A DNA stretch of 64,000 nt from an uncultured virus (IMG/VR IMGVR_UViG_2531839459_000011) (IMGVR_UViG_2531839459_000011), one strand, 5' to 3'. Numbered from the stretch's first letter, positions 9,657-19,392 are shown. The notes: a model not told the origin generated them from the letters alone. Numbers and translations are program-made.

Positions 9657-9901
9657 GTGGTCGTATTCCTGATCCGCCAGAGTATTCTTATGCGGCTGAT
9701 TCCATTCTTTCGGCATTTAGCACTATTGCCAGATCCAGACGGTATGAGCAGGGCATCCCGTTATCTTTAGATCAGCAGGCAATCAATGTCTATGCAGAGC
9801 ATAATGATTTACCAGTAGCTGCTCATATCTTTAATGACTGTATTTTTGCATTGGATAACTTGTTTTTAGATGAGGCGCATAAGAAGTCTAGTAAAAAATA
9901 A
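9575..9901 (+). CDS. gpT-like extension made by programmed -1 frameshift (G-T fusion 9141-9901)
   Basis: G GGA AAG at 9575-9581 in correct phase; -1 frame open (VIELYKYQ...HKKSSKK) to TAA 9899-9901. Confidence 0.85.
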   Translation, partial: GKVIELYKYQKTYASKTPHEIEQIKFLGGRIPDPPEYSYAADSILSAFSTIARSRRYEQGIPLSLDQQAINVYAEHNDLPVAAHIFNDCIFALDNLFLDEAHKKSSKK

Positions 9902-10017
9902 CAGCCACTAGTAATGGTGGTTTTTTATTGCGCCTTTATTAACCACTTGTTAAATTACCCTCAAATATGAGGGTATTTTTATGGAAGAAAGCCCCGAAGG
10001 GCTTTTTTGTTAGAAGA

Positions 10018-10947
10018 CTACCAACCACCAGAAATTCGCAAAGCACCAGCTAGCATTCCCGATTCCATCAATGGATGAAACCAACGGTCGCTATAATGTT
10101 GATTGCCTGTTGTGTAGCTTATGGTTTTTAAATCATCACTAATGATTTTTCTATTAAGTGGCCCTCTTAAATCCATTGCCCGAGTAAGTTTTAGAACTGC
10201 AATATTAGTTTTAAAAGCATATTCAGCTAAGTAGTGTCCTTGCTCGTTGTTAAGCATATGTACTGCTCGATAGATTCGACTGGTAGCAAAGTTTTGGGAA
10301 ATAATTGCATCAATTAGGTTCTTGAGCAGCTTAAATTGATCTTCATCAAATAAAGAACCTTGTTTTTCAGCCTTGCTGTACATAGCAATTAAGTGGTGAA
10401 CATACTCAACAGCCACAGGTATTACATCATGTGGGATTTCATCAATATGCTGAACATTGAAACGTTGGTGAACTAATTTATAAGCATCGCTGTAATTCAA
10501 ATGCTTAGTTTTAGCTACAAGAAGATTTACAGCATTGGTTAGGGGTTCACGTTCTGATTTGTGGGTTTTAGCTAAAATCTCTTTACGGACAAAATAGCAA
10601 TCCTCAAGTTGCTCAAAAACTTCCCATGCTTGGTCTGTATCCAACATTTTGGCGTGACGAGCAGCCCCTCGTTCTGTCCATAAGATAAGGGATCGAGTTT
10701 TATTTGAAATTGCAGGGAAATTTGCAAGTGACTTTAAGTCACCTACAAATTTTTTCAATTCTTCACCAATAATTTTGAAGAAGTGTTTACCTTCTACAAA
10801 CCGCTCTTTATTTCGAGAATAGTTTTGTTTGATGTTGTCTGTATCGGTTCCATAGAAATCAGCAAGCATTGCTGTAGTAACAACTGGAACAGATTTGAAG
10901 TTAACAATTGATATTTTGGTATCGTTGATTTGTGCTATATTAGACAT
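10018..10947 (-). CDS. Antirepressor (ORF6N-like N-terminal domain)
   Basis: VVTTAMLADFYG...NYSRNKERFVEGKHFF...LILWTERGAARHAKMLDTDQAWEVFEQLEDCYF. Confidence 0.88.
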   Translation of the reverse strand: MSNIAQINDTKISIVNFKSVPVVTTAMLADFYGTDTDNIKQNYSRNKERFVEGKHFFKIIGEELKKFVGDLKSLANFPAISNKTRSLILWTERGAARHAKMLDTDQAWEVFEQLEDCYFVRKEILAKTHKSEREPLTNAVNLLVAKTKHLNYSDAYKLVHQRFNVQHIDEIPHDVIPVAVEYVHHLIAMYSKAEKQGSLFDEDQFKLLKNLIDAIISQNFATSRIYRAVHMLNNEQGHYLAEYAFKTNIAVLKLTRAMDLRGPLNRKIISDDLKTISYTTGNQHYSDRWFHPLMESGMLAGALRISGGW

Positions 10948-11018
10948 GTCTTAAATCTCCATTGGTTTAGACATAAACCCCTTGCCTGATTTCGACGTCT
11001 GCAAGGGGTTTTCTTTTT
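10946..11018 (+). ncRNA. Candidate ~70-nt antisense RNA to the antirepressor RBS (Sar-like)
   Basis: Extended -10 TGcTATATT (10933-10941), hairpin exposing anti-SD CTCC, terminator AAACCCCTTGC/GCAAGGGGTTTT plus T tract. Confidence 0.6.
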
Positions 11019-11155
11019 CATGGCTTTTAGCCTTGATGAAGTCATCTTATTTAATATCTTTTATTGTGTCAATTCTTTTTGTTGTGCTAACACAAAAAAT
11101 AGTAATTATCTTTTATTGTGCTACAATATTCTAAAATTTAACTTGTGGTGCAGCA

Positions 11156-11392
11156 ATGGAAGTAAAGAATAATGTTGCTTGTTTGCGTGAAAAAGCAGGC
11201 TTAACGGTTTATGAGCTATCAAAGCGGTGTGGTTTTGTTAGTGGTAGCAGAGTTCTATCAAACTATGTGACAAGAGCCGAGCAGGGACATTCTGTCAAGA
11301 TCGATACAGCCTTACTTATATATAAAGAACTCAAAAAAGCAGGTGTATGTAAAAATTTTGAGGATGTATTTTGGCTTGACCACATGGACTAG
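11156..11392 (+). CDS. XRE-family HTH regulator divergent from the antirepressor
   Basis: LREKAGLTVYELSKRCG...VTRAEQG HTH pattern. Confidence 0.8.
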   Translation: MEVKNNVACLREKAGLTVYELSKRCGFVSGSRVLSNYVTRAEQGHSVKIDTALLIYKELKKAGVCKNFEDVFWLDHMD

Positions 11393-11478
11393 TAGAGAAT
11401 CTTCCTTTTTAAGTTCTTGATGACATTATTTTGTCCATTTGTTAAATTGTGTGAGATTAATAACAAATGGATTACATT

Positions 11479-12000
11479 ATGAAAAAGATTTTATTAGCGG
11501 GATTTCTTGGATTGGGCTTAGCGGGGTGTGCGACAACTCCCCAACAACCCTCAGAGCCTGTAAAATTTGAAAAGGTTTATCAAATTGATGGATTAAACCA
11601 AGCACAGATTTATGATGGCGCTAGACAATGGTTCGCTGTAGCTTTTGCTTCTGCTAACGCAGTAATTCAATATGAAGATAAGGCATCAGGCACTATCATT
11701 GGAAAGGGCAATATGCGATATCCTTGTTCGGGCATGGAGTGCTTGGCAATGACAGGAAACGAACGTGTTGATTTTACTGTAAGAGTGGACACTAAGGATG
11801 GGAAAATGCGCGTGGGTTATGATGGTTTAACCTATAGCGCTCCATCGCACATGAGTGCTGGAATAATGATGCCTGCACAAAATTACCCTATAACTGAAAG
11901 TAGGAAGTCCACACCACTGATTATTAGTAAGATTAATACTCTATCGGATGATATGGCTGAAAAGATTAAAACTCAGCAGAAAGTAAATTCGAATTGGTAA
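11479..12000 (+). CDS. Lipoprotein moron (DUF4468-like)
   Basis: Lipobox LAGC; QIYDGARQWFA...SANAVIQYEDKASGTIIGKG; own promoter at 11420-11448. Confidence 0.8.
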   Translation: MKKILLAGFLGLGLAGCATTPQQPSEPVKFEKVYQIDGLNQAQIYDGARQWFAVAFASANAVIQYEDKASGTIIGKGNMRYPCSGMECLAMTGNERVDFTVRVDTKDGKMRVGYDGLTYSAPSHMSAGIMMPAQNYPITESRKSTPLIISKINTLSDDMAEKIKTQQKVNSNW

Positions 12001-12018
12001 TTAAAGAAGAGATACAGC

Positions 12019-12294
12019 ATGAGCACACCACAATATCAAACAATGAAAGAAAGTGAAGTTTGCAATGCCATCGGATGGGGGTTAATTGTTCTAGGTATTA
12101 TATCTGGATTTATTTTTATACTTGTGTTTGGCCGAGTTGAAGTTCCAAGAACTTATTATGGCACCGAGACCGTATGGTCAGGAATCATGGTTATTACAGG
12201 TATCGGGATAATCTTAAATGGATTCTTAGTGGGCTATCTGTTCCAAAAGGTTGCCAGCATATTGAGATATCACGAGAACAAGAGCGCATCTTAA
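12019..12294 (+). CDS. Two-TM membrane protein (moron)
   Basis: Two hydrophobic segments; terminator at ~12327-12352. Confidence 0.75.
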   Translation: MSTPQYQTMKESEVCNAIGWGLIVLGIISGFIFILVFGRVEVPRTYYGTETVWSGIMVITGIGIILNGFLVGYLFQKVASILRYHENKSAS

Positions 12295-12438
12295 GCAAAA
12301 ACACTAACCCAAAAATCAACCTTAACAACCCACTCATTTGAGTGGGTTTTTTAATACCCAAAACAAAACCCCAGTAGCGCTAACTACTGGGGTTTTTCAT
12401 TCCACCCACCGACGAAAGTAAGAGGAAAGTAAATCTAT

Positions 12439-12588
12439 ATGGAGCATTTTAAACCAATAGTGGAGCTTATGAAAGTGTCTATTGAAAAGTATGGCTTATG
12501 GCAGACAATTATTGCCTTTTTAATTTTGTTTTCCATACCAATTCTAATCTGGAAATTACCTGAAATCATTGCAGCGATTAAAGCCTAA
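12439..12588 (+). CDS. 49-aa single-TM peptide, candidate type I toxin (not in ORF track)
   Basis: MEHFKPIVELMKVSIEKYGLWQTIIAFLILFSIPILIWKLPEIIAAIKA; AGAGG upstream; terminator 12587-12615. Confidence 0.7.
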   Translation: MEHFKPIVELMKVSIEKYGLWQTIIAFLILFSIPILIWKLPEIIAAIKA

Positions 12589-12639
12589 AACCGACCTATC
12601 AATGGTCGGTTTTTTATTACCGAAATTTTGGAAGCAAAT

Positions 12640-12987
12640 ATGACGGATAAATCCAAATGGTTTGTTTTTAAGAAAAATGATCAAGTTTTTGGATGTTTCA
12701 GGATTAAGCCTTTTTCTGATCCTGAATTTGGTGAGGCCTATAAAATGCTTTGTACCAAAAAAAGTATTTTTAGAATGAGTGCCATGCTATCAGCCCAAGA
12801 GTTTGCCAAAATTATCGCAACTCATCTTATACAGGATTGGGAAAATATTGAACTTTCAAAAACAGGAATAGCTGGTGAAAAAGAAACGCGTTATTCGCCA
12901 AAATCAGCTTATCAATTATTAATGTATGGAGATCTAGGGGCTGAGATAACTTCATGGATCTTGGAAAAGTCAAAAAGTATTGCCTAG
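12640..12987 (+). CDS. Diverged paralogue of the tail assembly chaperone
   Basis: Colinear with 9141-9656 by eye: SKW/SKW, ATHLIQDW/AAHLIEDW, YSPKSAYQLL/YTPENASKLL, GDLG/GDIG. Confidence 0.75.
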   Translation: MTDKSKWFVFKKNDQVFGCFRIKPFSDPEFGEAYKMLCTKKSIFRMSAMLSAQEFAKIIATHLIQDWENIELSKTGIAGEKETRYSPKSAYQLLMYGDLGAEITSWILEKSKSIA

Positions 12988-13047
12988 TTAAGTCTCGATT
13001 TATTGCCGCCGTTTATGGCGGTTTTTTATTACCTAGAGGAAAGTCAA

Positions 13048-16000
13048 ATGGCTCAAGAAGCTCGCTTAGTAATTGTTATTGATTCGGAACGTGCGAAACG
13101 CACTGCACAAGACTTATCAGTTGAATTGGATAGCATCACCAAAAAAGGGGATTTCGCCTCGAAATCTATGGACCGGATGTCTGTAGCAACTCGTGCACTA
13201 GCAGGGTATATGGCTGGTTTATTAACAGTAGGTTCAGCCATTTCAAAGATGGATACATATACTGGACTACAAAACCGCCTTAAGTTGGTCACTAATAATC
13301 AAGTTGAACTAAATAAAGCTACGGAAGACACTTTCCGAATTGCTCAAAAAACCTATTCAGCTTGGGATTCTGTGTTACAGGTTTACCAGCGTTTTAGTGA
13401 TAATGCCAAAACTTTAAACCTCACAATGGATGACACAGCACGTTTAACTGAAACAGTTTCTAAAGCTGTAGCAATTAGTGGTGCAAGCGCAGAAGCTGCT
13501 GATGCAGCTTTAGTTCAGTTCGGGCAGGCCTTGGCTAGTGGAACGTTGCGTGGAGAAGAACTTAATTCTGTAATGGAGCAAACCCCAGCACTAGCAAAGG
13601 CTATTGCTAAAGGTATGGGTATTACTGTAGGTGAATTACGTTCAGTAGCAGCTGAAGGAAAAATTACTTCACAAGAAATTGTAAAAGCGCTTAGAAATGT
13701 AGAATCTGATGTTGATGCTCTTTTTGCTAAAACAGATATCACAATCGGGCAGTCTCTCACACTCCTAAACAACGAGATCACAAAATTTGTTGGCGAAGCA
13801 GGTAAGGGAAGTGGTGCGGCACAGGTATTAGCTGGATCAGTTCAAACTCTTGCAAGTAATTTAGATTTAATTGCTGATGGGGCTTTAGTAGTTGGTATTG
13901 GATATATCACTCGTGCAATTTTGATGAAGAGCGCTGCTATTAAAGAGGGAATGGCTTCAACTTTAGCGAGCCGCCAAGCATCTGTATTAAATGCTCAAGC
14001 AGAATATGCAGAAGCTACCGCTGCTTTGAATGCAGCAAAAGCTCATCTCGCGAATGTGCGAGCAACAAATGCAGAAACCCAAGCTAAATTTGGCGCAACA
14101 GCGGCAGCAACTCGATACGCACAAGCACAGGCAGCAGTAACTGCTGCTACAAATGCACAAACAGCAGCTCAAATTAAGCTAAATACTGCAACTTCAATTG
14201 CAGGGAGACTAGCTAAAGGGGCGTTTGGATTAATTGGTGGGTGGGCTGGAGTTGCAACATTAGGAGTAATGGGATTAGCGGCAGCCTATTCTTATTTTAA
14301 TAATAAGGCAGAGGAGGCAAAGCAAAAGCTTGCTGAACAAGCTAAAAGTTGCTGAGAAAGCTGATGAGGAGTTAAAAAATTAACTGGCAATGATAAGGCT
14401 AAAGCAGTTAATGATTTAACTACTGCTTTTAATGCACAAAATAAAGCATTAGAGAAATCATCGCGTGCTGTAGGGTCTGCATTAATTGATATCGAGAACT
14501 ATGCACGAGGAAATAGGGAGGTTGAAAAAATTTCCCAAGAAGCGAGAACTGGAACTATCAGCTATACAGAAGCCATTGAACGTCTAAATAAAATTAAGTT
14601 GCCTACAGATCTATATGAAAATCTGAAAAAACAGGCTGCGCAGTATGATGACAATGCATCTAAAGCAAGTTTATCAGCTGAGAAACTTAAATTATTAAGA
14701 GTTGAAGTGAAACTTGGAGGTAATGAAGCACAAAATGCGGCAATTCAGCATCAAAAACAAGCGGATGCTTTAGGAAATACTGCTACTGAAGCAGAAAAGG
14801 CAACTAAGGCTTTGCAAGATTATCAAGCCAAGCAAAAAGATAGCGTTATTGATTCAATCTATAAATCAGGTTGGCTTGATAAAGGTTACACTGTTGCTCA
14901 AGCTAATGCCATTTTAGAACTGCAAAAAGCTAAAGGAATGAGTGCAATTTTGTCTAAAGATGAAATTGATAGCGCACTTAGAAATCTCAAGATCATCGAA
15001 GAACAACAGGAGCGAGAAGATAAATTAACTGAAGCTAAAAGAAAGCAGACGCAGGAAATTGAAAAACAAGCAAAACTTACTAAACGCTTGGTCGGTATTT
15101 CCGGTCAATCCGGTATTGGTACTGGTCCACATCTTGACGTCCGATATGGTGGCTCATTGTCAGGTCAGAAAGTTTCTAATGAACATCTGGCTCGATTACA
15201 GGCGGGAGGAAAACCTTTAACTTCCTACAAGATCAGTTCTAATTATGGTCCACGAAAAGCCCCAACTAAAGGGGCTTCTTCATTTCATAAAGGTATTGAT
15301 TTTTCAATGCCTGAAGGAACACCAATCACGACCAATGTTGCTGTGAAAGATATCAAGACATGGTATGACAGCAAGGGAGGTGGTTATGTCAGTGAAGTGA
15401 TCTTTGAGGATGGAGTGTCTCTTAAGCTTCTACATCAATCTCCCAAGATGCAGAGCAAGGTGAAAGGTGGTGCAAGTAAAGGAAGTGATAAAGCAGCTGG
15501 TGATATTCAATCTCAACTTGAACGTCAACAGGATTTGCAACGGTCACTTGAAAATGAGGTGGCTAGTGAAGTCGGACGGATTAACAATAATAGAAAGGCA
15601 AGACTGGAGGATGTTGATAAAGCAAACTTTAGCCCGGAACGTACTGCAGAAATAAAGGCGGAAATAAATCGTCGTGCAGATAATGATATTGCTATAGCCA
15701 AACAAGCCCTTAGAACGAAATTGGAAGACTATAAGGAGTTCCAGAAAACCGAGGAACAGTTACTAGAAGAGTCCTTTAACCGTAAAAAGTTCAATGCAGC
15801 TCATGACCTTGAATTAAGTAAGTTTGAGCAGAAGCAAGCTGTTGAATTGCTGGAACAGCAAAAACAGCAAGAGTTAGGGTTATTAAAACTAGCTCAGGAA
15901 CAGCGGTTGTTTCAAGCCCGTTTATCTCTGCTTTCTGAAACGCAAGCCATGCAGGAACGTTACAGACTCGAACGGGAGGAAATTCTTAAGAATACCAAGC

Positions 16001-17358
16001 TTTCTATAGAAGAGCGGCAAAAGCTAATCGCATTATCTAAAGCCAATCAGGATAAAGAGACACGCGATAAAGTGAATAATGCTGTTCAAAACTGGGGTGG
16101 TATCCAAGCGGATATGAATGGTACCGGAGAATTTTTCAGACAGGATCAGGAACGATTTAGCCGTTTAAATGCTGCAAATGATTTAGCAGATAGTCAATTT
16201 GCTGCTACTGATCTTGATGAAAAAAATGGTTTAGATGTTCTAAATGCACACATGGAAGCAGGACTCATCAAGCAACAGGACTTCGAAAACCGGAAAACAG
16301 CTATCATTCAAGCTGCTCAGGACCAACGCAATCAGATCGCTGCCGAATATGCTCAGAATGCTCAGGATATTGAAGATAAGTATCACCAAGATCGATTGAA
16401 TGCTCAAATTGCTCTTGGTGGCCAAATGATGGGTTCACTCACATCGATGTTTGGTTCAATGTTTGGCGAGCAATCAAAAGCATACAAGATCATGTTTGCT
16501 GCTGATAAAGCTTATGCCATTGCAGCTGCAGGTATTTCTATTCAGCAAAGTATTGCAAAGGCGGCTAGTGTTGGTTTTCCAGCAAATATCCCATTAATTG
16601 CAAGTGCTATTGCACAAGGTGCAAGCATCATTGCAAACATCCGGGCAATTAAAGATCAAGGCTTTGCTGACGGTGGTTACACTGGATCAGGTGGGAAATA
16701 TCAGCCTGCTGGTATTGTCCATAAAGGAGAGGTGGTCTGGTCCCAAGAAGATATTAAACGCTGGGGCGGTGTTGGCTTAGTCGAGAAAATGCGTAAGAGT
16801 GCAAACCCTGAAGCTTTTCTCAATAACAATGCCTTGGCAGATAGTGTCATGCGCCGTGCAATGATGAGCTCTAGTGCCTTTATAGAAAGCCAAAAGCAGG
16901 CTGACATCTTTAATCAACCGGTTCAAGATACTCAGATTATCTATAAGGGTAATAGAGACACACCTAAATTAGCTTCTTCTGGAAATTTAGACTTATTCCA
17001 TGATGGCAAGGTCTACTTCTCATCCAATGGTTTAGTTCAGGATCGTTCAAATCTGGATGATGTTCAGGACTTTACTTTAGGAAGTACTTCACGCCCTCAA
17101 GCTGAGATGATGCCTTCAATTGAGCCAGCTTCACCGACAATCAATTTCAAAATTGAAGTGATTAATCAGGTGAGTGGGGCGACAGTTGAAGCCGAACAAC
17201 TGGACGAGCAAACAGTCCGGATCATTGTTAAAGATGAACTGGATAAGCAGCTTCCAAGAACGGTACCTAAGCTTGTAAGTGATCAAATCGCAAATCCAAA
17301 CTCAACCATTAGTCGGTCTTTGACTGAGAATACGACAGCGAGAAGAAATCGTACTTAA
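13048..17358 (+). pseudogene. Tape measure protein (prophage 1), interrupted by +1/-1 homopolymer indels (or sequencing error)
   Basis: QFGQALASGTLRGEELNSVMEQ tape-measure domain; both ORF pieces in the same frame; in-frame TGA at 14353 lies between an extra A (~14344-14347) and a missing A (~14374-14379). Confidence 0.85.
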
Positions 17359-17448
17359 TAATTTGAACCCTTTTCGGAGGGTTCATTTTCATAATATTTA
17401 AATTTCAAGGTGATAGAGTCTGTTGGCATTAAAATTGATGGTTAAGAC

Positions 17449-18036
17449 ATGAAAAAAATAATTGTAATTTCTACAACACTTTTAGGCCTTACGGGATGTG
17501 CCATTCCTGCGGTAAATAATCTCGTAAGATCCACAAATATGTATCAGGATGATGTTTCGGGAAATACTGCAAATTTAAGGGTTTATAGAAGTAATATTCC
17601 CATGGTGCAGTTCTATATTACTTATCAAAATAATGAGGGTGAAAAAATTTCAAAAAACCTAATAACTAAGCAGATTTCAAATAATTTAACAAAGTATGGC
17701 TCTATGCATGAGCCCAAAAAATTAAATATGCCTAAACCCACAATCAGTTTAAATAATGGTGAAGAGTTTTTTGAGTTTAAAGTACCCGCAAATAAGAAGT
17801 TAACTTTCAGGCTTACTTCTGTTATTGGGTCAACTACTATGTATAGTTGTGATGTAAAAATGGACTATCAGTTGGAAAGAAATGGAAATTATGAATTGAT
17901 CCGTTTAAAACAGATCAAAGATTTTGTGAATCCAGCTTTACTGACTGAACCATCTCAAGATGAAGCCTACTGCAAGTTTGTAGTAAAAGAGATTTTTGAA
18001 GATGGTAAAGAAACTATTATTAAATCGATTTCTTAA
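17449..18036 (+). CDS. Lipoprotein moron
   Basis: Lipobox LTGC; AT-rich; terminators on both sides. Confidence 0.8.
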   Translation: MKKIIVISTTLLGLTGCAIPAVNNLVRSTNMYQDDVSGNTANLRVYRSNIPMVQFYITYQNNEGEKISKNLITKQISNNLTKYGSMHEPKKLNMPKPTISLNNGEEFFEFKVPANKKLTFRLTSVIGSTTMYSCDVKMDYQLERNGNYELIRLKQIKDFVNPALLTEPSQDEAYCKFVVKEIFEDGKETIIKSIS

Positions 18037-18128
18037 TGTTAAATCGTTTTTGTAATTAATTTAAATATCTAAACCTTATTTCATCAAACCACCTTTCGGG
18101 GTGGTTTTTTATTACCTGAAGGAAAGTT

Positions 18129-18527
18129 ATGTACAAGTTAAAGCTAAATCCTCAGACCAGCGGCTATGGCGTAACACCGGGTGATGATGTGAAACGTCAG
18201 CAGATGGATGGCGGTCGTGGTCGCTATTACATCGATGTGAAACGTAACAGCCACATTGTTGATGTGAACTGGAACTTAAGTAAAACCGATTTCAATAAAA
18301 TGATGGCTTTCTGGCGGGTCTACCAGAACAAACCAGCCTCATTTTATGCGGATTTGGTGATTGATCAGGGAACACGTCAGCAATATCTATGCAATTTCAT
18401 TCCAAACTCGTTCAAGACCAATGAAGTCAACGGCAACTTATATCGTGTGAACGCGCAGCTCGAAGTTGTTCAAAACCAGCCTAACCTGAATGCCGATATA
18501 GCATTAATTAAAGATTGGGAGGTCTAA
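18129..18527 (+). CDS. Distal tail protein (gpM-like position)
   Basis: First tail-tip gene after the tape measure; QQMDGGRGRY motif. Confidence 0.7.
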   Translation: MYKLKLNPQTSGYGVTPGDDVKRQQMDGGRGRYYIDVKRNSHIVDVNWNLSKTDFNKMMAFWRVYQNKPASFYADLVIDQGTRQQYLCNFIPNSFKTNEVNGNLYRVNAQLEVVQNQPNLNADIALIKDWEV

Positions 18528-19033
18528 TGGATAACGAATATGCCAAGTTCTTTTTCAATCGGAAAGTTGATGTCTATCAACTGGAGTGTATTGAGCTATC
18601 ACATCCTTCTTTTATGAATACTTATCGGGTAGTCCGTAATGATGACCGAGGTGTCTATGTACAACATAAGGAAGGATCCGGTCAGGTCTATTATGAGTTC
18701 TTGCCAGTCTCTATACAAAGATCCGGAATGCTTGGTGATCTGGACCAGACATTAACCGTTTCTATCTCTGGTCTAGGTGATGTGATGCCTGATGAGTTTG
18801 AACGGGTAATCGAAGGGCAATATCCAGATGTAAAGCCAACCGTAAATTACCGGATTTACAGTTCAGACAATCTGAACTCTCCAATGTTTTATTTACTTGG
18901 ACTGCAACTCTCAAGTGTCGCCATGAACCATAAAGCTGTGACATTCAAGGCTGAATCACCACGATTAAATACCACTAAAACTGGGGACATTTTTGCACTG
19001 GATCGCTTTAGTGGTTTGAAGGGGGCTATATGA
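18527..19033 (+). CDS. Tail tip protein (DUF1833-like)
   Basis: LECIELSHPSF motif; homologous to 57941-58450. Confidence 0.8.
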   Translation: MDNEYAKFFFNRKVDVYQLECIELSHPSFMNTYRVVRNDDRGVYVQHKEGSGQVYYEFLPVSIQRSGMLGDLDQTLTVSISGLGDVMPDEFERVIEGQYPDVKPTVNYRIYSSDNLNSPMFYLLGLQLSSVAMNHKAVTFKAESPRLNTTKTGDIFALDRFSGLKGAI

Positions 19034-19392
19034 AAAGTCATGATCATTTGCTCGATAGGCAATATGACGAGGATCACTACAACTGTGTTCACTTTGTTCA
19101 TGAAGCTGCAATGGACCTATATGGCATAGATCGGGCTGAAGCGCTTGAACTCTTTATGCAGCCTAAGGGCAAAATTACTTTTTTATCTTCACGGTTAAAA
19201 CTTTTAAATCCGCTACCCATGCCCAAGGAAGGCTGCATAGTCGCCTTCCATCCGAGACAAAGAAATAAGCCCCCGCATGTGGGGCTTTTTCGTGGGCAAA
19301 AGATTCTTCACCTCATGGAAAGCGGAGTCACTTATTTGCCTGAAGAGGTTGTGATGGAAATGGGGTTTAATCGGGTCAGTTATTATGATTAA
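19030..19392 (+). CDS. NlpC/P60-like tail assembly protein
   Basis: YNCVHFV...HVGLF...ILHL Cys/His pattern. Confidence 0.75.
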   Translation: MKSHDHLLDRQYDEDHYNCVHFVHEAAMDLYGIDRAEALELFMQPKGKITFLSSRLKLLNPLPMPKEGCIVAFHPRQRNKPPHVGLFRGQKILHLMESGVTYLPEEVVMEMGFNRVSYYD

